The translations under genes and the position numbers were made by a program. Below are positions 24,425-36,710 of a DNA stretch of 49,088 bases, piece by piece. A model generated the notes under the pieces. That model was not told where the DNA came from. It was given only the letters and a program-made list of their open reading frames with translations, and searched no databases. How positions within the stretch are numbered: position 1 is the first letter of the stretch; every line of letters starts with the position of its first letter. The DNA comes from Octopus bimaculoides (taxonomy: Eukaryota). The DNA lies in the NCBI RefSeq assembly GCF_001194135.2, contig NC_068987.1:87912362-87961449 (forward strand), written 5' to 3'.

Positions 24425-25194
24425 TAATCTACCAAATTAATATCCAACTGTGCAGCATTGTAAAATAATGAAGTTGAACAAATGACAACATATTGTTGAC
24501 TGATTTCTCAACAGCAAACATCATGGACTCAAATATTTAGCGCAAACTTTTCAGCTGTTCAAAAAATATTCTAACAAATAAATGTTTTGATCACAGCTTG
24601 ATTGATTCTCTTGGTTTTGGTTTTGGTAGTAATGTTTGAACATCACAAAGAATACCTGACAGTATTTGTTTTGGATCTTTATGTTCTGAGTTCAAACCCT
24701 TCTTTGAAGGACAATCAAATAAAGTACAGTAGAGTACTGGGATCAATAAATTTGACTGTTGCTTTCTACCAAATAGGAGACACTGTGTCTATGTAAAGAG
24801 ACCATCAAGCACTTATACACACATGTACACACACAATGATAATTTCCACCCACCAAATTGAATCACAAGGCTTTGGTTGGCACAAGGCTGTAACAGAAGA
24901 AACTTGCCCAAGGTGTGACTGAACCCAAAACCCTGTGACTGGGACCAAGCTTCCTAACCACACAGCAATTATTATTATTATTATTGTTTATTATTATTAT
25001 TCAGTAGTTTTATTTTTATAGCGTGCTTTCACTTCACTACCGAGTGCAGCTCTGTGTGCCTTGGGTATGTGCTGTGGTTTGCTGTGATGCTCTTATGGTT
25101 ACTGTATTGAAAGTGTTTTGCGTAGGATGTGTGCAGTGCCCAGTAGTGCAATTATTATTATTATTATTTATTATTATTATATATCTGACTTTTG

Positions 25195-25545
25195 CTTAGC
25201 ATTTGTACAAGTTGGCTCCAAGTCTCACCCAGAGACCTCAAAAGACAACAATCTGCTGTGCTTGCAAAGACGCATCAAGCTCAGTAAAACCATGGCCATC
25301 TTTACACACAGGCATGTCTTTTACGGCCATATTTTCCCCCCTTCCTCTCACACATACAGACACATAATTCTGTCCTTTGGCAAAACTCTCCCACAACCCA
25401 TCTTCCCACCACCCACTGCAGGCCCCTCCACTCTCCCTCACATGCCCATCCACACACTCTCCATGCCTTTCCATATCAACCATACCCACCTCCCACTCAC
25501 TCCTATTCCTCTTACCATTAATTCCTATCTCTAAACATCTCCCCT
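25195..25545 (-). mobile_element. Degraded RTE LINE fragment
   Basis: Minus strand resembles the RT C-terminal region at 10230-10450; many disruptions. Confidence 0.5.
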
Positions 25546-26175
25546 CACACTCTTATGGAACATTCCCCTCTATTCTCCTCTGCACTACTTACCCTCCTCT
25601 AACTGTGGGTAGACTCCACTACTTCTCCAACACCATTAGTTCTCTCTCTCTCACTCTGTCTGTCTCTCTGTTTTTCTCTCTAACTCTCTCTCACCTTCCT
25701 CTCCTTCCTTGTCCAACTGGGATACCCCAAGTATCTCCTCTATTGTAGAACAGCTGTCTCTGTCCCTCAATCATACTCTAATCTCTCGTTTGGCACACAA
25801 CCACTTCCTTTGGTTCTGCTTCCTCTCTCAGCTGAGAGGTGTTTGTCTTGCAAGCTACTTGGAGACCCTGTGGGTGCAGGGGCCACGTAAAAAGCACCCA
25901 TTCTGGTGCCACATAAAAAAAAGCACCCATACTGAAGCCATGTAAAAAAATACCCAGAACACTCTGTGAAGTTGTCGGTGTTAGGAACTTAGCATTCAGT
26001 CAAGTAGAGATCACTGAAATATGTAGTATGATTGATAGGATCATCTCTGTGATTGATGGGATCAACTCCATGATTGATAAGGTCAACTCCATGCCAACAT
26101 CACTGCAGAAAACAGTGGAAGACTGAAAGAATATCAACATAGAGAAGTCGGTAAGATAAAGAGAAAGGAACTTAC

Positions 26176-26244
26176 TTTTAAGCGAAGACCCTTCCTTCCA
26201 GTCAAATGAGGGCTGTTTTCAACTTGTACCATATTCTCAGAGTT
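26176..26244 (-). CDS. DCDC1: DCDC1-like exon 4: NSENMVQVENSPHLTGRKGLRLK
   Basis: Acceptor tttttatttttacttag|, donor AAA|gtaagt; 69 nt, phase 0 to 0; GLRLK matches recalled GLQLK. Confidence 0.85.
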
Positions 26245-26549
26245 CTAAGTAAAAATAAAAATAATATAACAGAACAAGAATTACTCAAAATACATCGGAA
26301 AGTTGAACCAAAGATGAAACATTCCCATACATTGTTACTTCAAGAGCTAAATATAACAGCTAAATCAATATCTAGCAAATGACAGCCAACTATTTTTAAA
26401 GCGGAAACATTTGATAATGTACTAGGGGGTAGACAATTCTTAGGAAGACCATGTCTTGGGGACCTTTTATTTACAGAGCTGCTCGATGAAGGACAACTTG
26501 CAGGTTAGATATCATTCCCTACAAAAAATAATAATAATAATAATAATAA

Positions 26550-26705
26550 TCCTTTCTACTACAGGCACAAGGCCTGAAATCCACAGGGAGGGGACTTGTT
26601 GATTACATTAACCCAGTACTCAACTGGTATTTATTTCATCAGCTCTGAAAGGATGAAAGGGAAATGCAACCCCAGTCTGCTAACATCTCTGCCAGTTCTC
26701 TGACC
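26550..26705 (-). mobile_element. SINE family B, diverged and internally deleted, (TAA)n tail
   Basis: cctttctactacaggcacaaggcctgaaat..tgaaaggatgaaagg. Confidence 0.75.
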
Positions 26706-26736
26706 CCTGAAACTTAATAATATTGATATCAAGATA

Positions 26737-26917
26737 CAGTAATCCCTTGCCATATCATGGTTCACCTATCATGTACTCAGTACATCGTGGTTCACCAATC
26801 GCACACTCAATACATCGTGGGTTTCTGCGGCCGATAGGTATTTATATTTTTTTAGATTTCAATTATTTCTGTGGGAGGTTTTGAAACATAACACCTGCAA
26901 TAGTCGATGGGTTACTG
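26737..26917. mobile_element. Second copy of the same Tigger-type MITE, opposite orientation
   Basis: TA-cagtaatccct..gggttactg-TA; right end reverse-complements to the left end of 17901; short internal duplication of tacatcgtgg. Confidence 0.82.
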
Positions 26918-26925
26918 TACTGTCA

Positions 26926-27125
26926 GGTGGTGAGCTGGCAGAATCATTAACACATTGATTAGCAAATGCGTAGTGGCATTTCGTCCGGCTTCACAGTCTG
27001 AGTTCAAATTCCACTGAGGTCAAATTTACTTTCTGTCCTTTCGGGATTGATAAAATAAGTACCAGATGAACACTGGAATCAATTTAATTGATTTGACCCC
27101 TTCCCTGAAATTGCTGGCCTTGTGT
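26926..27125 (+). mobile_element. SINE family B
   Basis: ggtggtgagctggcagaatc..gagttcaaattcc..gataaaataagtaccag. Confidence 0.82.
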
Positions 27126-27301
27126 TAAGATTTGAAATCAGTTTGAAATCAATATTGAGATATAATGGAATATTGAAGCATAACAAAAAGCAGAGTGGAA
27201 AATCTTGTAATTAATCTACGAACAGTTGAAATGTGTGAGAAGTTCAATAGATCTCGATTTATCTTTGGAATTAAGGCTATGTTCTTCACAGAATTACTTA
27301 C

Positions 27302-27391
27302 CATTCTCTCTTGCTTCAGTTCCTTGAGATATTCAAGTTTTGACTTGATGGTTGCTATAGCATCTTCCAAGTCAGAAATATCGGAATCAAA
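27302..27391 (-). CDS. DCDC1: DCDC1-like exon 3 (coiled-coil-like): FDSDISDLEDAIATIKSKLEYLKELKQERM
   Basis: Acceptor gtatatttcag|, donor ATG|gtaagt; 90 nt, phase 0 to 0; heptad pattern similar to recalled human IDELQTAIKSNIGHL. Confidence 0.88.
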
Positions 27392-27429
27392 CTGAAATAT
27401 ACACAAAAATAATGGCATAATTTACATGC

Positions 27430-27590
27430 GTGTGTGTGTGTGTGTATATACATATATACGATGGACTTCTTTGGGTTTCCATTTACCAAATCCACTCACA
27501 AGACATTGGTCAACCCAGAGTTATAGTAGAAGACACTTGCCCAAGGTGCCATGCAGTAGGACTGAACCCAGAACCATGAGGTTGGGAAGA
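27430..27590 (-). mobile_element. SINE family A, 5' part, reverse orientation
   Basis: Reverse complement of head and core; lies 40 bp upstream of the exon 3 acceptor. Confidence 0.8.
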
Positions 27591-27764
27591 AAATTTGTGC
27601 TTATATTAAAAATTATTTCCCATACCTCTCTCTCACCCCCGCCCCCCACATACACACATTTGATTTAGTCATGTAACTCCTTTACTTTACTCCTCTCTTC
27701 TTATTCCCCTAGCGTAAAGTTCCTCCCACATGCATACACTTTGGGTTCATAGTCTTGCAAGCTG

Positions 27765-27975
27765 CATGGCAACCTCACTGGTGCTGGTGCCATGAAGAAA
27801 GTACCCTTTTATATGCAGTAAAGTGGTTGGCATTTGGAAGGGCATCCAGCTGTAGAAACTTTGCCAGATCAGATTGGAGCCTGGTGCAGCCACTGGCTCT
27901 CCAGTCTTCAGTCAAACCGTCCAACGCATGCCAGCATGGAAAACGGACATTAATTGAAGACGATGATGATGATGA
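27765..27975 (+). mobile_element. Family C 3' end
   Basis: ggaagggcatccagctgtagaaac..ggaaaacggacattaa..gatgatgat. Confidence 0.82.
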
Positions 27976-28331
27976 TATATATATATATTTGTGCACAAAA
28001 ATACATCCAATAAAACAAACACAAATTAATAAAAAAAATGTTATTCTTTTGCTTTTCTTTTTTAAATTTCATCATAAGAAATTGAAGAAAGAGTATAATT
28101 TTTAAAGTTTTCTAAAAATTATTTTCTTTGAAATAATTTAAGATTGAAACGGTAAACAGCAGCAGCAGCACCACCACCACCACCAAAAACAACAACAACA
28201 ACAGCAACAGCAACAATATATCATATAATAATGTTGTTTCCCTTTTTGTTTTGTGCTGAAGAGAAAATAGACAAATTGAATTACTTGATGAAGACTGCAA
28301 TTAACTATTAATTGAATTGGAAATTACCAAC

Positions 28332-28424
28332 CTTAGATATTTCTTCCGGCTGTTCAACAGATCCTCTTGATGAAAGTTTAGCAGAGAACTGATGCTTTTT
28401 ATCAAGAGATTTGTCAGCAACCAA
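28332..28424 (-). CDS. DCDC1: DCDC1-like exon 2: LVADKSLDKKHQFSAKLSSRGSVEQPEEISK
   Basis: Acceptor ttgttttcag|, donor AAG|gttggt; 93 nt, phase 0 to 0; continues the frame of exon 1. Confidence 0.8.
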
Positions 28425-29771
28425 CTGAAAACAATTGAAAATGATCAATCTCTTGGATAATCTTTTGGATAATGGATAATGGTGAATAAATTTAGATCTG
28501 TTCATATAACTTCAACGAAAATGATTTGATATTAAATCAGATAAATTTATTCTTAAATAAATTTCTTTTTTTTTTTTTTTCTATTGGTCAGATTTCTTTT
28601 TAAAGCCAGCGATTGTAATTCTAAGATAGATATAGAGAGACACTGATCAAGAATTAGAGAGGTGTCCTCCAAGAGCCAGTGCAACACAGTAAACTAGATT
28701 GCCTCGGTACCAGACACACAACCATGAGATCAGCACAATTTGCCTTTGAAAGCAACATTGTCAGATGTTCATGGTTGTACAAGCTGACTTTTCAATGGCC
28801 AAATTCAGGTATTACTCCTCAATAGCTAGATGCAGGTATTTCTATGTGGTAATAAGTTTCCTTTCCAATCAAAGTTTTGTGAATGGTTTTGGTAGATGAA
28901 AACTGAAGAAGTCACTATATATATNNNNNNNNNNNNNNNNNNNNNNNNNNNNNNNNNNNNNNNNNNNNNNNNNNNNNNNNNNNNNNNNNNNNNNNNNNNN
29001 NNNNNNNNNNNNNNNNNNNNNNNNNNNNNNNNNNNNNNNNNNNNNNNNNNNNNNNNNNNNNNNNNNNNNNNNNNNNNNNNNNNNNNNNNNNNNNNNNNNN
29101 NNNNNNNNNNNNNNNNNNNNNNNNNNNNNNNNNNNNNNNNNNNNNNNNNNNNNNNNNNNNNNNNNNNNNNNNNNNNNNNNNNNNNNNNNNNNNNNNNNNN
29201 NNNNNNNNNNNNNNNNNNNNNNNNNNNNNNNNNNNNNNNNNNNNNNNNNNNNNNNNNNNNNNNNNNNNNNNNNNNNNNNNNNNNNNNNNNNNNNNNNNNN
29301 NNNNNNNNNNNNNNNNNNNNNNNNNNNNNNNNNNNNNNNNNNNNNNNNNNNNNNNNNNNNNNNNNNNNNNNNNNNNNNNNNNNNNNNNNNNNNNNNNNNN
29401 NNNNNNNNNNNNNNNNNNNNNNNNNNNNNNNNNNNNNNNNNNNNNNNNNNNNNNNNNNNNNNNNNNNNNNNNNNNNNNNNNNNNNNNNNNNNNNNNNNNN
29501 NNNNNNNNNNNNNNNNNNNNNNNNNNNNNNNNNNNNNNNNNNNNNNNNNNNNNNNNNNNNNNNNNNNNNNNNNNNNNNNNNNNNNNNNNNNNNNNNNNNN
29601 NNNNNNNNNNNNNNNNNNNNNNNNNNNNNNNNNNNNNNNNNNNNNNNNNNNNNNNNNNNNNNNNNNNNNNNNNNNNNNNNNNNNNNNNNNNNNNNNNNNN
29701 NNNNNNNNNNNNNNNNNNNNNNNNNNNNNNNNNNNNNNNNNNNNNNNNNNNNNNNNNNNNNNNNNNNNNNN

Positions 29772-30073
29772 GTGCTGGTGGCATGTGAAAAGACATTCGA
29801 GCGAGATCGTTGCCAGTGCCACTGGACTGGCTCCTGTGCAGGTGGCATGTAAAATACACCATTTTGAGCGTGGTCATTGCCAGAACCGCCTGACTGGCCT
29901 TTGTGTCAGTGCCACATAAAAAGCACCCACTACACTCTTGGAGTGGTTGGCATTAGGAAGGGCATCCAGCTGTAGAAACTCTGCCAAATTAAATTGAACC
30001 TGGTGCAGCCTTCTGGCTCACCAGTCCTCAGTCAAACCGTCCAACCCATGCCAGCATGGAAAATGGACATTAA

Positions 30074-30110
<37 letters not shown>
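29772..30110 (+). mobile_element. Family C with VNTR units and long (GAT)n tail
   Basis: Same 3' end; 5' part runs into the gap. Confidence 0.85.
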
Positions 30111-30973
30111 CACACTCTGCAGAGTTGTTGGTGTTAGGAAGAATATCCAGCCATATAGAGGAGTACAATGCAGTCCTTACACCCATCAGAACCATCCAAA
30201 CCATCCAGCGCCTACCAGAACGGCACCTGGATGTTGAATGATGATGATGATGAGGAGGAGAAGGAGAAGGATGATGTGGTAGGTTTCCACACAGTTTCCA
30301 TCTACGAAATTTACCCACAAAATACTGGTCACCCTGAATTGATAGTAGAATATTGCAGAGTAGGATGGAACCTGAATGCACATGGTGATTAAGTGAGTTA
30401 GTTAACCCCAGAGCCATTGCAAGAAGTCGGGGTTCTTTTTTTTCTTTTTGTTAAATTTTTAAAGTAGAAATGAAAAGAAGAAAGAAAGAAAGAAAGAAGG
30501 AAGATAAAAATAGAAACTAAAGTAAAAAGAAAGACAAAGGGAATGAAAGAATGAGAGGAGCGGGGGAGGGGAGGGTTGAAATTTTTTTACAGCTGGGCGA
30601 ACTTCTTACTGTTAACCACTGAACCATGAAGTTAGAGAGTAATTTGTTTTTGTCTGTTAAGTAAACTGAAGGAAACAGAGTCATGTGGTTTGCTCAGGTG
30701 TCCAATCAAATAAATGACTAAGGCAAGGTTGGATCTCATGGCTAAAGGGGGCGGGGCAACAGCAGCAGCAGCAGCAGCCAACGCCATAACTTCATGGCTT
30801 AGTCTTTAGATTTTTGATTTTATCTTTTACTTGGGGGTCAGTCATTGGACTATGGCCATGCTGGAGCACCACCTTGAAGAATTTTTAGTCAAATGAATTG
30901 AACCCCAATACTTATTTCTTTTCTTTAAGCTTGGCACTTATTCTATCAGTCTCTTTTGCTGAACCACTAAAAC

Positions 30974-31187
30974 AAAATCCTGAAATACCACAATCTGTTG
31001 GCCAACTACATTTTCCATCCTGTGACCTTCAAGACTTTTGGTAAGGTCGGACCATGAACTGAGAGATTCCTGTCTCACTGGCAACTCACATTGCAGAGGT
31101 AATTGGTGAGGCTCATGAGGGCGCATCGGCCTTGCCATCACCCACGGCAATGCTGCAAGCATGCTGACATGTCTCAATAGCCATTAG
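30974..31187 (+). mobile_element. C-terminus of a CRE-like (RLE-endonuclease) non-LTR retrotransposon, frameshifted
   Basis: KILKYHNLLANYIFHPVTFKTFGKVGP*TERFL / LATHIAEVIGE / RIGLAITHGNAASMLTCLN; KY..FxPVxxETxG and AIxRGNAASxL pattern of CRE-clade elements as I recall it. Confidence 0.62.
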
Positions 31188-32741
31188 AAAGGTCCCCCAG
31201 TGCCCCCCCTCCCTGCCCCAACTTTTCAACCCAAAGTGGTGAATCATTTTGTTTTTCTTTCTTTTTCTCTCTTTTGTCCAGTTTTCTAGTTTCTAAAACG
31301 GTAAACACTATGAAGGCAATAAAATTTTCCATTCTATTTTAAAATGCCAATCACCAATACGACCATTGGCCACAGCAGATCAAACTCGCAGCCTATCTAT
31401 GGAGTCTCACAGCATCAAAGGGAACTGATTCCATACTAAATAGGGAGCATAACAACCAAATTCATAATTGCCATCTATAGGTGGAGGAATAATGGCACTA
31501 AATTTAATTTGTGGTATTGGTTACTCATTATTACATTATTAAATATATTCTTATGCAATACCAGCGTTTGAACAAAAAAACATTTTACTTTGAACCATTC
31601 TGCTTGATACCGCATAATTTTACCAATATTCTACCATTTATTTCCAGGAATGATTTGATAAAAAAAAGTCGATCTCAATTATAAAAATTAACCCCTATTC
31701 ATACAGTCAGGTTCACTTGCTTTGGGGCCTGTTATTCTAAGAGGACACATTCTTTTCTCAGACAAACTGCTGTATAACTATCTCTCTCTCACACACACAC
31801 TCTCTCTCTCTCTCTCTCACACACACTCTCTCTTTCTCTCTCTCTCTCACACACACACTCTCTCTTTCTCTCTCTCTCCCCTCTGCAAATCTGTTTATAC
31901 ATCTAATATCCTGCAACAACTCAACAATATTCTGAAAATCACTGACATTTTTATTTTTTCTGAACAGCTGCTGTGCGATATATAAATGTTTCTGTTATAG
32001 CCATCATCATCATCATCATCATCATTATCACCTTGTCATCATCAGTGTTTTTTCTCACCTTCTATCTCTTCTTCTTCTTCTTCTCCTCCTCTCCTTCCCT
32101 TCTTCCTCTTCTTCTCCAACCTTTCTTGCTCCACTTCCTCTTCCCCTTCCTACTCTTCTTCCTCCCCTTCCCTTCCCTCCTCCTCTTTTCTTTCCCCCTC
32201 CCCTCTCCTTTCCTCCTTCCCTTCATCTTCCCCCACTCTCTTCTTTCTCCTCCTCCTCCTCCTCTTCATCACTAGCTTCATGTCATCCATCTGCATATTT
32301 TCATGATGCAAGAAAAAGACGTTCAAATTCCAAAAGTCACAGAATTACCAAAAAGGGATTCTATGACAAAAACTGTGAACTTATCTCGGGTTCCATTAAC
32401 AAGACAATCTGAGATCACTCGCAAAAAAAAAAAAAAAAAGTAATAATAATAATAATAATAATGATAATAAAAATCACAAATCACACAAATCTATTATTGA
32501 TTTTTGTTTTTTACCAGTAAAATACAACAAAAGAAGAAGAAAAAAAAGTATTCAAAGAAATATTGACCTATTCAGATCTTTTGCAAAAATTTTAGTCTTC
32601 ACTTATTGACTTATGATGATTGTAAATACAGTTTGTCTATAAATTTCCATAGAAATTGGTAACAAAATTAAGTTAGCATCAAATGTCAAAAGCAGATAAC
32701 AGGTGAATGATTAGAATCACAAAAGATCCATTTTAATTGGA

Positions 32742-33365
32742 GGCGCAGGAGTGGCTGTGTGGTGAATAGCTTGCTTACCAATCACATGGTTCTGAGTTCG
32801 GTCCCACTGATCGGCACCTTGGGCAACTGTCTTCTACTATAGCCTTGGGCCGACCAAAGCCTTGTGAGTGGATTTGGTAGATGGAAACTGAAAGAAGCCT
32901 ATTGTGTGTGTATATGTCGTGGCTGTGTGGTAAGTAGCTTGCTTACCAACCACATAGTCCTGTTTCAGTCTCACTGCATGGTACTTTGCTCAAGTGTCTT
33001 CTACTATAGCCTTGGGCTGACTAAAGCCTTGTGAGTGAATTTGGTAGCCAGAAACTGGAAAAAGTCCGTCATATNNNNNNNNNNNNNNNNNNNNNNNNNN
33101 NNNNNNNNNNNATATATATATATATATATATAAGTATGTGTATGTATATGTTTGTGTATCTGTATTTGTCCCCCCAGCATCTCTTGACAACTGATGCTGG
33201 TATGTTTACGCCCCCATAACTTAGTGGTTCGGCAACAGGGAACAATAGAATAAGTACTAGGCTTACAAAGAATAAACTCTGGGGTCAATTTGCTCGACTA
33301 TAGGCGGTGCTCCAGCATGGCCACAGTCAAATGACTGAAGCAAGTCAAAGAATAAAAGAATAAAA
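32742..33365 (+). mobile_element. SINE family A with two tandem heads and one tail
   Basis: Head and core at 32742-32905 and again at 32919-33074, gap, then tail 33140-33365. Confidence 0.85.
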
Positions 33366-33785
33366 TTCATGAGCTGAAATTTTCTCACATTCTACCAAAT
33401 GAATACCTGTTCACATTTTACATTGAGTTTGTCTTTTTGGAAACAGGTGTGCAATTGGAAAAGAATTTGAGGTATTTTACTCGACAGTATGTCTCATTAA
33501 TAAACCAAGCATCTTCTTGTTTTTAGTCTTGAATGAAATAAATTACAGGTGTGAATATTGTAGGTGTGTTTATTTCTTTGTTCAATTATTTTTTTAATGT
33601 TTTCTTTGCCATACCGGCTTGGACCAGATGAATAACTACTACCAAATTGCAGGTCTGGCTGTCTGGCTTCAGCTTCAGTGCCATTGCGTGGCACCTTGGG
33701 CAAGTGTCTTCTACTATAGCCTTGGGCCAATAAAAGCCTTGTGAGTGGACTTAGTTGATGGAAACAAGCAGGTATGCATACATAA

Positions 33786-33830
<45 letters not shown>

Positions 33831-33832
33831 GT

Positions 33833-33927
33833 AGATAGATAGATAGATGGATGGACGGATGGACAGCCGGACGGATGGACAGCCGGACGGACAGACAGAC
33901 AGATGGATGAAGAGGTAGGTAGGTAGT

Positions 33928-34000
<73 letters not shown>

Positions 34001-34370
34001 GAATAGAGAGATAGACGATAGATAGATGAATAGAGAGATAGATGATAGATAGATGAATAGAGAGATAGACGATAGATAGATGAATAGAGAGATAGATGAT
34101 AGATAGATGAATAGAGAGATAGACGATAGATAGATGAATAGAGAGATAGACGATAGATAGATGAATAGAGAGATAGACGATAGATAGATGATAGATAGAT
34201 AGATAGATAGATAGATAGGTAGATAGATAGATAGATAGATAGACAGATAGATAGACAGACAGAGATAGATAGATAGATAGATAAATAGACAGATAGCTAC
34301 ATAAATAGATAGATAAATAAGTAGATAGATAGATGAATAGATAAATGATAGATAGATAGATAGATATTGA
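33833..34370. repeat. (GATA)n microsatellite with an embedded 27-bp higher-order repeat, 7 copies (34001-34189)
   Basis: Unit gaatagagagatagaYgatagatagat; seen as 9-aa repeats in the ORF track. Confidence 0.95.
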
Positions 34371-34371
34371 T

Positions 34372-34770
34372 GCAGGCATGGCTGTGTGGTAAGAAGCTTG
34401 CTTCTCAACCACATGATTCCAGGTTCAGTCCCAATGCATGGCACCTCGGACAAGTGTCTTCTGCTATAGCCTGTAGCTGACCAAAGCCTTGTGAGTGAAT
34501 TTGGTAGATGGAAACAGAAAGAAACTCATTGTAAATATATATACATATTTGTGTGTGCCTCTTTGTCTGTGTTTGTTCCCCGCCACTGCTCAACAGCCAG
34601 TGTTCGTGTGTTTATGTCCCCATCACTTAACGGTTCAGCAAAAGAGATCAATAGAATAAATACCAGGCTTTAAAAAAAGAAGTCCTGAGGTCAATTGATT
34701 CAGTTAAAAGTTCTTCAAGGTGGTGCCCCAGCATGGCCACAGTCTAATGACTGAAACAAGCAAAAGAGAG
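34372..34770 (+). mobile_element. SINE family A, full length
   Basis: gcaggcatggctgtgtggtaagaagc..gactgaaacaagcaaaag. Confidence 0.88.
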
Positions 34771-35390
34771 CACTTAACTGTGAGTGTCACTGTCATATAA
34801 ACAGTATAATTCGTTTCCAATAAAAACATGAAATATTACCTCCCTTAGAGACAAGTGAGGGTTGGTGACAGGGAGAGCATCTTGTCATAGGAAATCTACT
34901 CCAATAATCTTCATCCAGCCCATTCAAGCATAGAAAAGTGGATGTTAAAATGATGATCCTGATAATGACGAGGCGTTGTTTTATAGTTGGATGTCCTACC
35001 TGTTCCTTACTCCAACTGTTCCTCAAGTTAGGGATGTTTTATTTCACTCCTCTTAAAAAGCACAGAGCTAGAAAATGATTCTTGTTGACAGATAATATCA
35101 CCATTTTCCAGCTCAACACTTTTATGAACAGCACAAAAAGAAAATATCCACAAACACATACACAGGTAGGTTGTGCCTTGCTGAGAAAAGAATTACACGA
35201 AATGAAATTATTGCAGAAATGAAATTATCAGCCTGTACCCACATGAGAGAAAGTATGTTACTTTCCCTATAAGTCCCACCATGATTATAAACATCAAAAT
35301 CTGCACCATTGGTCCTCACACAATCACATATTCAGAAATATTTATGGTACAGCTTCAATATTAGAAATGGATGTTATAATTTTCTCTTAC

Positions 35391-35557
35391 CTCATCTCTG
35401 CGAGACATAACACGTTTTAACTTCTTTTTTAAAACTTTTTTCATGTCCAGTAAAAACTCCACAGTTCCAGAAGGTTCAAAAGGTTCTCCAGTTGACACCC
35501 AAAGAGGACCAAGTGCCAGGCTTTTACTCTGTTGCAGACAGTCAGACAATACAGGTA
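35391..35557 (-). CDS. DCDC1: Internal exon 1 of 8 found, DCDC1/DCDC5-like doublecortin-domain protein: xPVLSDCLQQSKSLALGPLWVSTGEPFEPSGTVEFLLDMKKVLKKKLKRVMSRRDE
   Basis: Acceptor ttttttgttacacag|, donor GAG|gtaaga; 167 nt, phase 1 to 0. LWVSTGEPF is the C-terminal DCX motif; resembles recalled human VPLLEKCLQ..LLWVSKGEGFSPSG. Confidence 0.9.
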
Positions 35558-36317
35558 CTGTGTAACAAAAAAACAAAAAAAAAGTATTTGGAGTGAGACA
35601 TTGGTTTCTTATAAAAGCTCAAAGTCATTTGCAAAATAGAGAAGACCCAACTATTACAGAGAAAGTAAGGTCCTAAAAGCATTAAATTTATCTTTATGCA
35701 CTCACTGGGGCCTGCCCTTGCACCCAGACTGTCCCTGTTGAGCTTTCTGTCTCTCATATCCCTTACACCCATCCTTCCATCACTCCTCTAACAATGGTAT
35801 TATTCAGCTGCTGTAATCATATGGTAGCAGAATCTGCACATATTTCTTCCTCTTTGTGCTACTCATTACCCCCCCCCCCCNNNNNNNNNNNNNNNNNNNN
35901 NNNNNNNNNNNNNNNNNNNNNNNNNNNNNNNNNNNNNNNNNNNNNNNNNNNNNNNNNNNNNNNNNNNTCCCTGGAATCACATCCTTTAACTTCCATCCTT
36001 CGTTTTCAATATATTCCCTTCCCCCTTTATTTTCTACTGATTACCCTTTTCTGTTCCCCCACCCTTTGATATCCGCTATCATTCTAACCACCCCATCATA
36101 TCTGCTGTTGAAACAACCCATCACTTCTCTTCTTGATTCTCTAGAGCTACAAGTGTGCATAAGTGGCTTTCATCATTGTCCCGGTACTTTTCTCTCTCTC
36201 TCTCTCTTTCTTCATTCAGATTCTACAGGTTTTAACTGTTTTCTGATCTATCTACAAGTTTATTACACTGCTGTTCTCTACCTATTGCCTCTTATCACCT
36301 TCTCTTTCCTGATCAGG

Positions 36318-36710
36318 TGCAGGCATGGCTGTGTGGTAAGAAGTTGGCTACCCAACTGCATGGTTCCAAGTTCAATTCCACTGTGTGATACCTTAGGCAA
36401 GTGTCTTCTACTATAGCCTTGGGCTGACCAAAACTTTGTGAGTAGGTTCAGTAGATGGAAACTGACCACCGAGTATGTATAAATATGTGTGTGTGTGTTT
36501 GCCTTTGTTTGTTACCCACCACTGCTTGATAACCAGTGTTGGTGTATTTACATCTCTGTAACATAGCAGTTCAGCAATAGATACTGATAGAATAAGAACC
36601 AGGCTTAGAATAAAAGTAAGCCTGAGGTCAATTCATTCAACTAAAATTCAAGGTGATGCTCCAGCATGGCCACAGTCTATTAACTGAAACAAGAAAAAGA
36701 TAAAAGATAA
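36318..36710 (+). mobile_element. SINE family A, full length
   Basis: Same head, core and tail order as 34372. Confidence 0.88.

Noticed and set aside
2573-28331. Two introns use the uncommon donor AAG|GTTGGT
   Set aside because: Both still match U1 at -3 to +2, +5 and +6; within normal variation, and not U12-type.
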